Assembly: GCA_964016885.1 (NCBI GenBank)
Contig: OZ024743.1
Span: 298,530,001-298,594,000, forward strand
Length of the DNA stretch: 64,000 bases
Direction: 5' to 3'
Source: Eledone cirrhosa
Taxonomy: Eukaryota
The number at the start of each line of letters is the position of its first letter. Position 1 is the first letter of the stretch. The position numbers and the translations under genes were made by a program. This document shows positions 13,011 through 26,371 of the stretch, piece by piece. The notes below the pieces were generated by a model that saw nothing but the letters and a program-made list of their open reading frames with translations, was not told the DNA's origin and ran no database searches.

Positions 13011-15611
13011 AACACCACAAACGTGTAAAGTGCACTGCTTATGTTTTCATTTATATTTATATACAGTATGTATATGTAAGTATTTAAACATATATGTATA
13101 TATACGTATATATCTATGTGTATGTATTTATTACCACAACAGAGGTCTGACAAACTTTTGAATCCAGAGTCGGGCTAGATAGATGCAGATCGAACTTTCA
13201 GCTGATCGATAGCGAAACGAGCGCCACTACTCAATAAACGTAATGAAGACATAACAAATCGTCCTTTCTATTCGCCAATAGTCTCATGTCAATTACGTTC
13301 GTATTTGAATTGATGGAATAATGAAAAATGCCGAACTATAAGTCAATCAAATAATATTTAGGGGCTGCACACTTTCACATCTTTTTATTTATAACGGTTT
13401 CTTATATCTGGTCTATGGTATACTGTCCTTTCTGTTCACTTTACTGAATCCAATTAGGAAACCACAAGACAGAACGAAATGAAATGAAAATAAACAGGAG
13501 CAATTTTGGGGATAAATAGAGAAACACTTTTTATGGATGATCAGCTCTCTTTGTCCTCTGGGGGACTTGTTGAAATGATAATAAGCAGACAAATGAAATG
13601 AAAATATGCAGAATGAAGACGTTCTAAATACACAATAATTTTTGGGTTGAAGAGAAAAACACTTTTTTATGAATGCAATTTATAACCAGAAACAACTTTT
13701 TCTAGATCTCTCGACTCACATAGCGTAATCTTACGTTGTTTTATAAAAAGAACTATTTTGAGATTATGGCCTTAGTCATCCAATAAGCTTGGTTGTAAGC
13801 TTCTGCGAACAAGAAAGAGAACTGGGGAGATGGCCAACCACCAAGATAGAAAAGGGAGAGATTTATGAACTCAGCATAGTCTTCTTGGGGATGATTTCCA
13901 GATAGCAGTACAGTCAGTAGATATTCAACCATCTCAACTTTGTTTTGCTTATAAAAATCTTCAGGAAAGTTTGATAATGAGATTTATCGATGGAGTCCCA
14001 ATGTTCCTGCAACTTTTTGAACATTGGGATACAGGGACCAGAAGACTTTCTTCAAAACCAATTCATTTTATTATTTAGATGTATTAATTTTTATTTTTAA
14101 AAATTATTATATATGTAGATGTATATTAGGCAGCCTTCTAAATCCTACACCTGCCACCATTGCCGGCACGACTAAACAATACTACTACCCATCCACTACC
14201 AATGATCTCCAACTACAATAGAATCCGTCTGACCAGTCGTCTGCAGATTGCCGTCATCTTGGTGATATGTACATGAAATGACATCATTATTCCTCTCAAT
14301 TTACAGGTTCCGCACTGACTTTGTTTCTAAGATTGCAATTCCTCCTAGTCTTGAACATTTCTGCTGACGTGTTCGCCAGCTGATAGAGGGCGTGGAATTT
14401 CCTTGCATTAAATTTAACGTTTTTTTCTTTGTCTCATTTATTGCATTTAAATTTCGCTGATTAACACCAACGGAATTCTTAATCACTTATCCTTTGGGAG
14501 TCAGTAGTAAGCCATTTTAATGGAACATTGGCCCTACCTTGTAGTGTACTGAAGCAGACAGATTCGAAAATTTAAAGAAGGCTTTAGTCTTTGTTTTGAT
14601 ATTTTCTATAACCATGACTTGTCTTTCTGCCGTCTCCATCTCATGGGAGTGTTTGAGTTAATTTTCAATTTGAATCAATGCCCGCTTCAAAAGGGATTTG
14701 TCACAGTTTTTTTTTTATTGTGTATTTAAAATCGATTTGAGAACATTGTTTTCATCTTTGGAATTATATTTTTGAATCTGTTAACCTTTTTCTCTGGAGA
14801 AAATCTAATGTACAGGCTTTCTGATATTGTCATGAAGTTTTAAAGTTTAATATCAATGGCTGGTATAAAGAGACTATCGGACCAGTTCTGTTTCAGGATA
14901 TTTTTCTGAATCCCTTTCCAGTTAGCTTCGTGAAAATTTAGGCTGGATAGAATTTAGGTATTTCTTGCATTTTGTATATCTACAGTTAGTTTCCTTTGGA
15001 CTATACAATGTTAGTTCTACTATGTTATATATAGTTCAAGAAAACTGTCGGTGTCAAAATCATATTTTAGGCGACCAGAGATCTAGGACATTCTTGCTCA
15101 TTGCTGAGTGTAGTATCACTTGTACATCATATTTGTAAGGTCAAGCAAGGATTCTGCTTCTCTTTGCTCATGTGGTTACATTCCTGAGAGAAAGTAGCCT
15201 TCAGAGATCTTAAGTCTCCTAGAAGAATTATGTTTAGGCCTTGATCTAGTTTGGTTAGCACTTCTATTTTTCAAGGTCATTTTCAAATTTGTCCTCTGGA
15301 CTTCTCTGGAACATATGGGTCCCTTGAAACTGGTTTTCTTTTCCTTGTTTTCGTCCGCTCTGATGACACGATTTAGTAACTCCATATGCGGCTTGATGAG
15401 AAATAGACACGAATGAATTAGTTTTTTACGCTCTATTTGTGCCATGGTTCAGGGTGTTTGTAATCGGGTTGCTCAGTGGTGACCCGTAGGATAAACTACA
15501 GGCCAGTAATATCGTTCTCAATCATTCGGTCTTTCAGTTTCGTTGAATTTTGTTTTCTTCCATCTCTTCCTTAATGGCGTCCATCTGGGTGGGACTCATA
15601 TGTGAGTATAC

Positions 15612-15688
<77 letters not shown>

Positions 15689-16316
15689 TGCAGAATAGAG
15701 AGGAAAATTCAGAAAGAAACAAAAGTGAGAGTAGAAAGAAATACGGGTCAGGGAAGGAGCAATGGTAAAAGAGAAGCTGTGAGAAAGTGACTGGAAGAGA
15801 ACGAGATAAAGACAAGCAAATAAAAACAAGAGATGGTGGAAGACAATGATAAGAGAGTTAGTAGAAAGAGAGAGTGGGAGTGTGAGAGAAGGGCAAGAGA
15901 AAAGGAAGAGAAGGGAAAGAGAAGGGGAAGATTGTAATTCAATAGAGGAAAGAGAAAAGAGAAAAATTGTGGAAAATTTACGGAGCGAAGGAAGAAGCTA
16001 TAACATAGAAGTGAGAGAAAAGGAAATAAATAAGATAGCACCATAACAGTCACTATACAAATATATGTGTATGTATGCCTTGGCTGTTAATATTTACCCA
16101 GACAATAAATTATTAAGAGAGTGAAAGAAACGCAGTATGGCAAATATATAATATAATAATATAACTCGTGACACGGTGGTAACAGCCACCATATATATAT
16201 GTACACACATCCACATACACTAATATACACACACACACAAACATACTTACTCTCTCTCTCACACACACATACATTAATATTTATCTAGACAATAAATTAT
16301 TTTGAAAACGAGATAA

Positions 16317-16420
<104 letters not shown>

Positions 16421-17236
16421 ATATATACATGTAGCGTTATATACTAAGAGATAAAGAAAAAAGAAAACAATACATTTTACCTTCAAGTTAGTTTTACTCT
16501 CAGGTTTTTGATTGTAAATAACTGAAGATATTTTACTTAGGGCTTCCAAGTATGCGAAAATGAAATATCTCACGTGGGTGAAAAGTTATTGCAAACATTT
16601 CGTGTATAAATTTACTAAACATGTGCCATTTTCTCAATTTGTGTCTCGAAAATATTAATAGATATATTTTCCCATTCACGATACTTTTAAGTCCAGCCTT
16701 TCAACAATAAATTTGCAACTTGTAAGGTATGAAATTTATGAGCCGACGAAAACTCGTGATTTTACCACCGAAGCAGCCGAAGAATACGATGATTTATATA
16801 TGTATAGATAGAGTATAGAGGAAACCGAGACTTCGTGAATATGTATATAAATTAACACTTGCATATTTTAATTAATTGTGCGCTGGGCAGATGATGAATA
16901 CAATATATATATATATATATATATATACATTTAAAAAATACATTTAAAAAATACATTTAAAAAATATGATAAACACGAAATGTGTTTATATTGCAACAGA
17001 CAAAGTTAGCTATTAATGAAATAAACTAATTAAAGTGAATACAATTTGTCTGTCTCGATATAAGTCAATAAAGACAAGCTTATATTGGCAACGGCCATGA
17101 TTCCTGGACAGATTTAAATTTCAAAATTCAAACCTGTTCTGTAGACGAATTTGAACCTCAAAACCTAAATAAGTTTCGCAACGGTGGAATGTGAATTGAA
17201 AAATAAAGAGAATCGAAATGGAATCATGGCCGTTGC

Positions 17237-18470
17237 TGTATTCCCGTATTTTAATTTGGGATCTATGGACAGTCATGCGTTGGCGGAGGCTGTTTTTGGT
17301 CTGGCCTATGTATTGTTCTCGACAACCTGAGCAAGTTGATACATATATTAGATTTTCTGATGCGCATGTGAAATTGTGTTTTACTATAAAACGTTGTCCT
17401 TCTTTGAAATAGAATTCCGAACCCTCTATTAGGTTGATGCATATGCCACAGTTGGGTCTATCGCATTTGTTTACTGTGGGTTTCGTTGTTGTGGTTGGCA
17501 GTACTTTGTCATGTGTTAGGATGTTTTTCATTGACTTAGATTGTCTTTTGCTCTTTATGATATCGTGTGTTCGTAGGATTTGGTTCATTCTATGGTCTTT
17601 TTTCAACACAGGGATGTTCTGGAGGATGGTGTCAAAGGCCTCATTGTTGAGGGGGTTGTGTGTGGAGATGTATGGAAGAGCTTTTAGTTTCGGTTGATTT
17701 ACTTTAGGGTGTCTAAGGTCCTGGGTACTGAGTTTTAGGTCACGTTGGATTCCATTGTCAATTAGTGATGTAGGGTAGTCCCTGTCTATGAGTGTGTCCT
17801 TTAGTTCTTGTAGCCGTAAGTAGCCGGTGTTTTTATTGGAGACTATAGTACAGATTCTCTTGGCTAAGTTGTAGGGAATATTAATTTTAACGTGTCTATG
17901 GTGGCAAGAGTTGAAAGGAAGATATTGCTTGGAGTCTGTGGGCTTGTAGTATATGTCTGTTTCTATTTTTTTGTTATGGATCTTAATGAGGATGTCGAGG
18001 AAGGGGAGTTGTTTATGGCTGTATCCCATCGTGAAGTTAATATTCGTGTTGAGCCCATTTATAAGGGTGTGAAATTCTTTAAGTTTCTCGATGTTTTCGT
18101 GCCAAAGGATGAAGAAGTCATCTAGATATCGCTTCCAGTTCCTCTCTATGTGTAAGTGGAGAGTGTTTCCAAATTTGTTTAGTACTTTAGTGTAGAGGGT
18201 GATTTCCAGGTATCCCATGACTAGGTTGGCATAAGTGGGGGCTGTTTTCTACCCATAGCGGTGCCAGATTTCTGCCTGTAGGGTTTGTTATTGAAAACGA
18301 AGTAATTGTTCTCCAAGATAAATTTGAGTCCCTCTATCACGAATTCTTTTTTGATGCGTTGTTGGAGTTCATTGAGGTAATTATCCAGCCAGAATTGGAT
18401 AGCTTCTATTCCTAGGTTGTGGGGGGTGTTGGAGTATAGGTTAACTACATCGAACGTCACTAGTAGGGTT
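17237..18470 (-). pseudogene. Inverted partial copy of PLE1 RT/endonuclease (about 21418-22650)
   Basis: ORFs 18221-18460 and 17121-18218 are near-identical to the ends of 20674-21666 and 21669-22820. Similarity stops after QIKIREY. Confidence 0.93.
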
Positions 18471-19034
18471 TAGTGTGTGTGTGTGTGGGTGGACCAGTAT
18501 TTTTGTGATACTGGTAAAAATAGTGTACATTATTCGATATTTTCAGTAAAAACGATTCTCTCAATAGAACATCAAAAACCTTAATAATAAAAGGTGTAAA
18601 ATGATATATAGTATTGGCATAATACCAAGGTATGTGTGAGTGTCCAGATTGTACGTACTGCAAGGGAAATCCATTAGGCCTTGCCGTATTGGAATACTTG
18701 TGTACAAATATGTATGTGCCCATCAGTGTGCAATGCATGTGTGCGTATATGTATGTGTGTGTGTCGGCACGTTTATATCTATAGACATCAAAAGGTATGC
18801 AAATTTGTGTATATTTGTGTTGCACCATAGAACATGTGTGTTTACGTATGTCATTGTGTTTATATGTGGATAGATATGTATGCTGATGTAGGTATGTATG
18901 TTCACGTGTGTATGTTATGGGTTCGTCTTAGGGAGAAGTGTTTAGACGGGGTCCGTATTTGTTAATAAAGTGAGATTCCTTGCTGATGCGCTGGGTGTGG
19001 GTGGCATTATCTTTAAATTTGTAGAGGGGAAAGA

Positions 19035-19069
19035 TTTTGAAAAGCATTAGAAATGCGCAACCGGTAAAA
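19035..19069 (+). ncRNA. Atypical HHR-like motif, PLE1 5' pseudo-LTR
   Basis: tt TTGAAAA gcat tagaa atgc GCAA ccgg TA aaa. U3-A8 core, GCAA in place of GAAA, palindromic helix III. Confidence 0.45.
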
Positions 19070-19188
19070 CTTAAAACCAAAACTGAATACTAACCAATAC
19101 TAATTTTTACTTATTCCTAATTAAACTATTTTTCACTGGGAACAATTTGTCAGCATTTTCTTTTCCTTTTACCAATATATCATAACTC

Positions 19189-22100
19189 GTGTGTTATACC
19201 TCTATTCTTTTAAATATCATATCCTCACACGAGATACAGAAAAGGCCAACAAAAACAGATAAAACACTTATCAACACAAATGAAGAGATTCTACAGGAAC
19301 TCAAGAAAATTAACACCAACCTATCTGTGCTGGTCGACAAACTTGACTCCACAAATGAGGAAACCGTCACCGGTTACAAACCCTCCGAAATCGGCGATAA
19401 ACTTCAAAACCTTTGCGATACTATCCAAACTATGTTCACTACTACCAACCCAGGAAAAACCAACGAAGAACCATGTGAGATTGATTCATACAAAATGAAA
19501 ATTCGAACAATTCCAAAATGGAACAAATCCCTCAGAGACAGAAAGTTCTCATTCTGGAAGATGATACAAAATCACAACAAAGTGGAGATATATGAAAAAT
19601 GGCTTAACTCAAAACCTCTAACTCTCCCCCGTAAAATACAAATAAAGTCCATTCCAAATGAACCCGAACCTCAAAGACACCTTAGGGAAAGAATAGCATT
19701 GGAAAAAATGAAGACAGAAATTGAACTTCTTAAATTGAGGGCCCAGACAAATGAGGAAAAAATCAAAACCATCGATGAAGACATCCTCCTGGAAATCAAC
19801 AATAAACTGAAGGCCCCAAGGTAGAGAATATCTCTAAATTATGGAAAGGGGGCTGCAACAGAGAAGAACTGAAATCCCTTCAACGCTGGGAAAAAAGTGC
19901 CGCTTGGTTCCTACACTATGAATCGACTTTTCAAACGGATTACACCTCCAATAACCCGTTCATAAAAATAGGAAAACCCATAACCGAACCGCACAACAAC
20001 TTCGCAAACCCTCCAGCCACTAACAAAAGAAGAAGGAAGCACCACACCGAAGATGAACTTCCCAACCTCGCTACCATAAGAAGGAACAAAAACCCCCAGA
20101 ATGACATTTACAACTTTCCCCCTTCAAGGAGACACCATACCAAATCACTCAACTACTACGCGGATGCCTCATCGTCAAACATAGGGAAAAGATACCACCA
20201 CCATGATAGATATAACAACTTCCCCGCTTCAAGGGGACAGCAAGGTAATTTCCATTTTCTCAACTCTCGCTCCACAATACACAACAAACCCACACCACAC
20301 GATACAACCAACAACGTAGGCCACCTATAACACCACAATCCAACATGGCACATAGAAACACACATCCATTCTCGCAATATAGGAACACCCCATTCAATCT
20401 ACAACCACGAACCCGAACCACATTTTACAACAACAAGGAATATAACAAACACAGGAGACCACTTAACATCAGCAGATAATCCCTCTACCCCAACCATTTT
20501 TGAGACACAGCACACAGATAGAGGCAAACAAAATAACACAAGACAGGGAGGAGAAACCGAAAGTAATACAAATTATCAATCTAACTAGTGCAGAACCAAA
20601 ACCCAACCTTATCAACTTACTCTCCAAATGTCTTAAATTCACACCGACCCCACTACTTCTTAACTAATATGAAATGAAGGAAGACATCACAGACTTCTGT
20701 AGAAAGTTACGACTCAGTGAAGAACTATTCGACCAGTACAATGAGGATGTATCATTAGCCAGAAATAGAAGCAATTACACCCCATCAAAAGGTAGAAATA
20801 AAATCCTGGACGAATTCTGTGAACACATCACAAACTTCCCTTACCAACACTTGCACAGACAAAAGCACAAGCCAAACCTCATCAAGAAAGAATGGGAAGA
20901 ATTAAATAGATTAAAAACCGACAGAACCATTACAATTAAAGAGGATGATAAAGGGAGTACAGTAGTCCTAATGGAGACAGAATTCTATATCAACTTAGCG
21001 CACTCCACTTTGGAAAACGAAACATACTACGAAAAGGCTGAACACTACAATCATAAGAAAATTATGAGAAACCTAAAAACTCTGATCAACCAATACAAAG
21101 AAGGACTCACTAACAAGGAATTCAGCTTCATCACAGACTTCACAAGTAAATCCACCCTTTTCTACGGTATCCCTAAAGTACATAAAAGCGAATTAATAAG
21201 TAAGGCATGCAAGGAAGCCACAGACATAGTCATCAATGTCCCCTCACCCAAAGATCTCAAATTAAGACCTATAATAGCAGGCCCCGCTTGCGAAACCCAC
21301 CGCCTTAGCAACTTCATTGATACCCTTCCCAAGCCTTTTCTCAAACACATCAAAAGCTATATAAGGGACGACCTAGATATGCTCAATCACCTCCCTAATA
21401 TGCCCCTTTCTGAACAAACCCTACTAGTGACGTTCGATGTAGTTAACCTATACTCCAACATCCCCCACAACCTAGGAATAGAAGCTATCCAATTCTGGCT
21501 GGATAATTACCACAATGAACTCCCACAACGCATCAAAAAAGAATTCGTGATAGAGGGACTCAAATTTATCTTGGAGAACAATTACTTCGTTTTCAATAAC
21601 AAACCCTACAGGCAGAAATCTGGCACCGCTATGGGTAGAAAACAGCCCCCACTTATGCCAACCTAGTCATGGGATACCTGGAAATCACCCTCTACACTAA
21701 AGTACTAAACAAATTTGGAAACACTCTCCACTTACACATAGAAAGGAACTGGAAGCGATATCTAGATGACTTCTTCATCCTTTGGCACAAAAACATCGAG
21801 AAACTTAAAGAATTTCACACCCTTATAAATGGGCTCAACACGAATATTAACTTCACGATGGAATACAGCCATAAACAACTCCCCTTCCTCGACATCCTTA
21901 TTAAGATCCATAACAAAACAATAGAAACAGACATATACTACAAGCCCACAGACTCCAAGCAATATCTTCCTTTCAACTCTTGCCACCATAGACACGTTAA
22001 AATTAATATTCCCTACAACTTAGCCAAGAGAATCTGTACTATAGTCTCCAATAAAAACACCGGCTACTTACGGCTACAAGAACTAAAGGACACACTCATA

Positions 22101-22820
22101 GACAGGGACTACCCTGCATCACTAATTGACAATGGAATCCAACGTGACCTAAAACTCAGTACCCAGGACCTTAGACACCCTAAAGTAAATCAACCGAAAC
22201 TAAAAGCTCTTCCATACATCTCCACACACAACCCCCTCAACAATGAGGCCTTTGACACCATCCTCCAGAACATCCCTGTGTTGAAAAAAGACCATAGAAT
22301 GAACCAAATCCTACGAACACACGATATCATAAAGAGCAAAAGACAATCTAAGTCAATGAAAAACATTCTAACACATGACAAAGTACTGCCAACCACAACA
22401 ACGAAACCCACAGTAAACAAATGCAATAGACCCAACTGTGGCATATGCATCAACCTAATAGAGGGTTCGGAATTCTATTTCAAAGAAGGACAACGTTTTA
22501 TAGTAAAACACAATTTCACATGCGCATCAGAAAATCTAATATATGTATCAACTTGCTCAGGTTGTCGAGAACAATACATAGGCCAGACCAAAAACAGCCT
22601 CCGCCAACGCATGACTGTCCATAGATCCCAAATTAAAATACGGGAATACAGGAAAATACCACTGAGTGAACACATTGATACCTGTGCCGCCCAAAATGAT
22701 CCCAACTTCAGAATCTTTCCCCTTTACAAATTTAAAGATAATGCCACCCACACCCAGCGCATCAGCAAGGAATCTCACTTTATTAACAAATACGGACCCC
22801 TTCTAAACACTTCTCCCTAA
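19189..22820 (+). pseudogene. PLE1 polyprotein (N-terminal region, RT, Cys-rich linker, GIY-YIG endonuclease), frameshifted
   Basis: Motifs DKG, FYGIPKVHK, LRPIIAG, TFDVVNLYSNI, QKSGTAMG, WKRYLDD, LPFLDI, CNRPNCGIC and NLIYVSTCSGCREQYIGQT. Breaks at about 19820, in 20150-20670 and at about 21640. Confidence 0.93.
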
Positions 22821-23502
22821 GACGAACTCACAACATACATACGTCAAAATACATACCTACATCAGCATACATCTCTATCCACATATAAACACAATGACAT
22901 ACGTAAACACACATGTTCTATGGTGCAACACAAATATACACAAATTTGCATACCTTTTGATGTCTATAGATATAAACGTGCCGACACACACACATACATA
23001 TACGCACACATGCATTGCACACTGATGGGCACATACATATTTGTACACAAGTATTCCAATACGGCAAGGCCTAATGGATTCCCCTTGCAGTACGTACAAT
23101 CTGGACACTCACACATACCTTGGTATTATGCCAATAGTATATATCATTTCACACCTTTTATTATTAAGGTTTTTGATGTTCTATTGAAAGAATCGTTTTT
23201 ACTGAAAATATCGAATAATGTACACTATTTTTACCAGCATCACAAAAATACTGGTCCACCCCCACACACACACACATTCTCTCACACACACACGCACACA
23301 TATATATCCACACACACACACACACACATATATACACACACACATACACACGCGTACATTAACATTCAAAGAGACATATACACACACACACACTTCTCCG
23401 TATAAGACAAGAGCTGAAAAATATATTTTAACATGTTAAAATATCCTCCACACACGTACAGACACATTCCTACTGACCATCCCTCTACCACGAATTACTC
23501 TG

Positions 23503-23613
<111 letters not shown>

Positions 23614-23956
23614 TCTTAATAGGCATTTGAACTGTCAACAGGCTGCGGTTCGCACACACATCCCTGCTGACCATTATCACAACAACGAACCTCTTTACTA
23701 CTACTGCACACACACACACACATATTTGTCTTGAAATACTTATTTTTCAGTGACTTCTCAATCAGCCGAGACAAACCTACATTTGGCGAAAAATCAATTT
23801 TTACCATTCACATGACCTCTACCGACCAATCAAAATTGTTTTCACCACAAGAACTTTTTCATACATCTGGAGCCACTTTTTTTTACATAAAACAGGTAGA
23901 ATTTCCAAAACTAATCAGATTAGAGCAAAGATCACGGGCGCTCTATCTCAAAATTA

Positions 23957-23992
23957 TTTTTGAAAAGCATTAGAAATGCGCAACCAGTAAAA
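23957..23992 (+). ncRNA. Atypical HHR-like motif, PLE1 3' pseudo-LTR
   Basis: ttt TTGAAAA gcat tagaa atgc GCAA ccag TA aaa. Confidence 0.4.
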
Positions 23993-24126
23993 GTTAAAAC
24001 CAAAACTGAATACTAACCAATACTATTACTAATTTTTACTTATTCCTAATTAAACTATTTTTCACTGGGAACAATTTGTCAGCATTTTCTTTTCCTTTTA
24101 TCATAACTCGTGTGTTACACCTCTAT

Positions 24127-24158
<32 letters not shown>

Positions 24159-24914
24159 GATAAATGGAATAGAATGAAACGAAATTTCATTTCTCACTCT
24201 TAGTACGGCACTTACTTAAATGTAAGTATGTATGTATACGTACATACATATATGTATACAGACGTACAGTAGTATGTACAGTGTTGAACAAAAAGGTGAC
24301 GTGGTTGCCTAAACACTGTACGGCGTAATTCGGGCTGTTTGTTTGTTTACAAACAAACAAACCGAGCATTATAATAAATTTTCGGTAAACCGATACGTGC
24401 ATATATATATGTGTGCATGTATGTATATATATACATACTACTGTACGTCTGTATACATATATGTATGTACGTAAACATACATACTTATATTTAAGTAAGT
24501 GCCGTACTAAGAGTGAGAAATGAAATTTCGTTTCATTCTATTCCATTTATCGTTTTCGTTGCGCCCAGCCGACTGATCTCACTCGATATGCAAATTAGGC
24601 TGCTAAGTCGTTAATATGCATAAGGAAAGTATATACTTTCAGGCGTTCAACCATCTGGCAGGAAGGTATACAATGCTGACGATATCTAATAAGCTTGAAA
24701 CTAGTACATCGTTCCTGTGTCAGTGTGGAACAAAAAGGTGACGTGGTTACCTAAACACTGTACGGCGTAATTCGGGATGTTTGTTTGTTTACAAACAAAC
24801 AAACCGAGCATTATAATAAATGTTCGGTAAACCGATACGTGCATATATATATGTGTGAATGTATGTATACATATACATACTACTGTGCGTCTGTATACAT
24901 ATATGTATGTACGT

Positions 24915-24920
<6 letters not shown>
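24159..24920 (+). mobile_element. Non-coding HHR-bearing element with inverted plus tandem pLTR-like layout
   Basis: 24159-24278 is inverted at 24432-24551. About 24278-24480 is repeated directly at about 24721-24920. HHR motif lies between. (TA)n on both sides. Confidence 0.75.
24673..24709 (+). ncRNA. Minimal type I hammerhead motif (weak stem II)
   Basis: atg CTGACGA tatctaataagctt GAAA ctag TA cat. Confidence 0.6.
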
Positions 24921-25009
<89 letters not shown>

Positions 25010-25011
25010 TG

Positions 25012-25520
<509 letters not shown>

Positions 25521-26102
25521 TATATATATACATATATATCCGGAAACACATAGACAAATGCGGAAACAAAGACGGAAGGCCCATTGTCACAATTCTAGCG
25601 ACTGAAAGAAACGTCGGCACGTTACGTATCAAGGAAGCGCTTTTTATCAAACGCCTGCAACCGCAAATAAACAATCGATCCGAGAGAAGCGAAATGAGAT
25701 GGCTGGTTTAAGTTAACAAACGATGCAGCAACACACACACACAAACGAGACAACTACACACGCACACGCACACACACACACAGTAGCATTCCACCATACG
25801 AACATACTACACTGCCAATACAGAGGAACAAGGCAACAACAACACACACACACACACACACACTCAAGCGAGACAACAACACACGCGCACACACACACAG
25901 TAACATTTAACAAACAGGCAGAGAATGGACTGACAGCTAGCGCCACCCCACTCCCTCATTCGGCCGCTGACCTCTGCCCGACCGACCCCATTTCACGCGC
26001 ACGCGCGCTCTGCTGAATACCTCAGATATTCAAAACAACAAACAGCGGAGGACGCGTTTCGCACCTTTCCGACAGACAACCTTTCCCCCACCCCGGAAAA
26101 AA

Positions 26103-26138
26103 CCCCAGTTGATGGATGTTAATCCGAAATATATAGGG
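26103..26138 (+). ncRNA. Variant minimal HHR motif, PLE2 5' pLTR
   Basis: ccc CAGTTGA t ggat gtta atcc GAAA tata TA ggg. Confidence 0.55.
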
Positions 26139-26371
26139 ACAATTAAATCTCTCCCAAGGTAACTCTCTCTCGTGTTGTTATTTTTATTTTTTTTATTTTA
26201 TCCTTTATACTCTTTCCTTCATTCTTCTACACGTCTTATACACACCACGCATCTCAACGTACACCCACTTACATCTCTCTCTCCACCACCGGATCTTGTT
26301 ACCCGGAGATTTACCCATTTGCATTGTCGAGGCTTCCAAACGACTTAAAGATATTTACTTATTAGTCCACA

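Noticed and set aside
13860-15530. Possible old LINE on the minus strand
   Set aside because: The composition suggests decayed coding sequence, but no diagnostic motif could be read with confidence.
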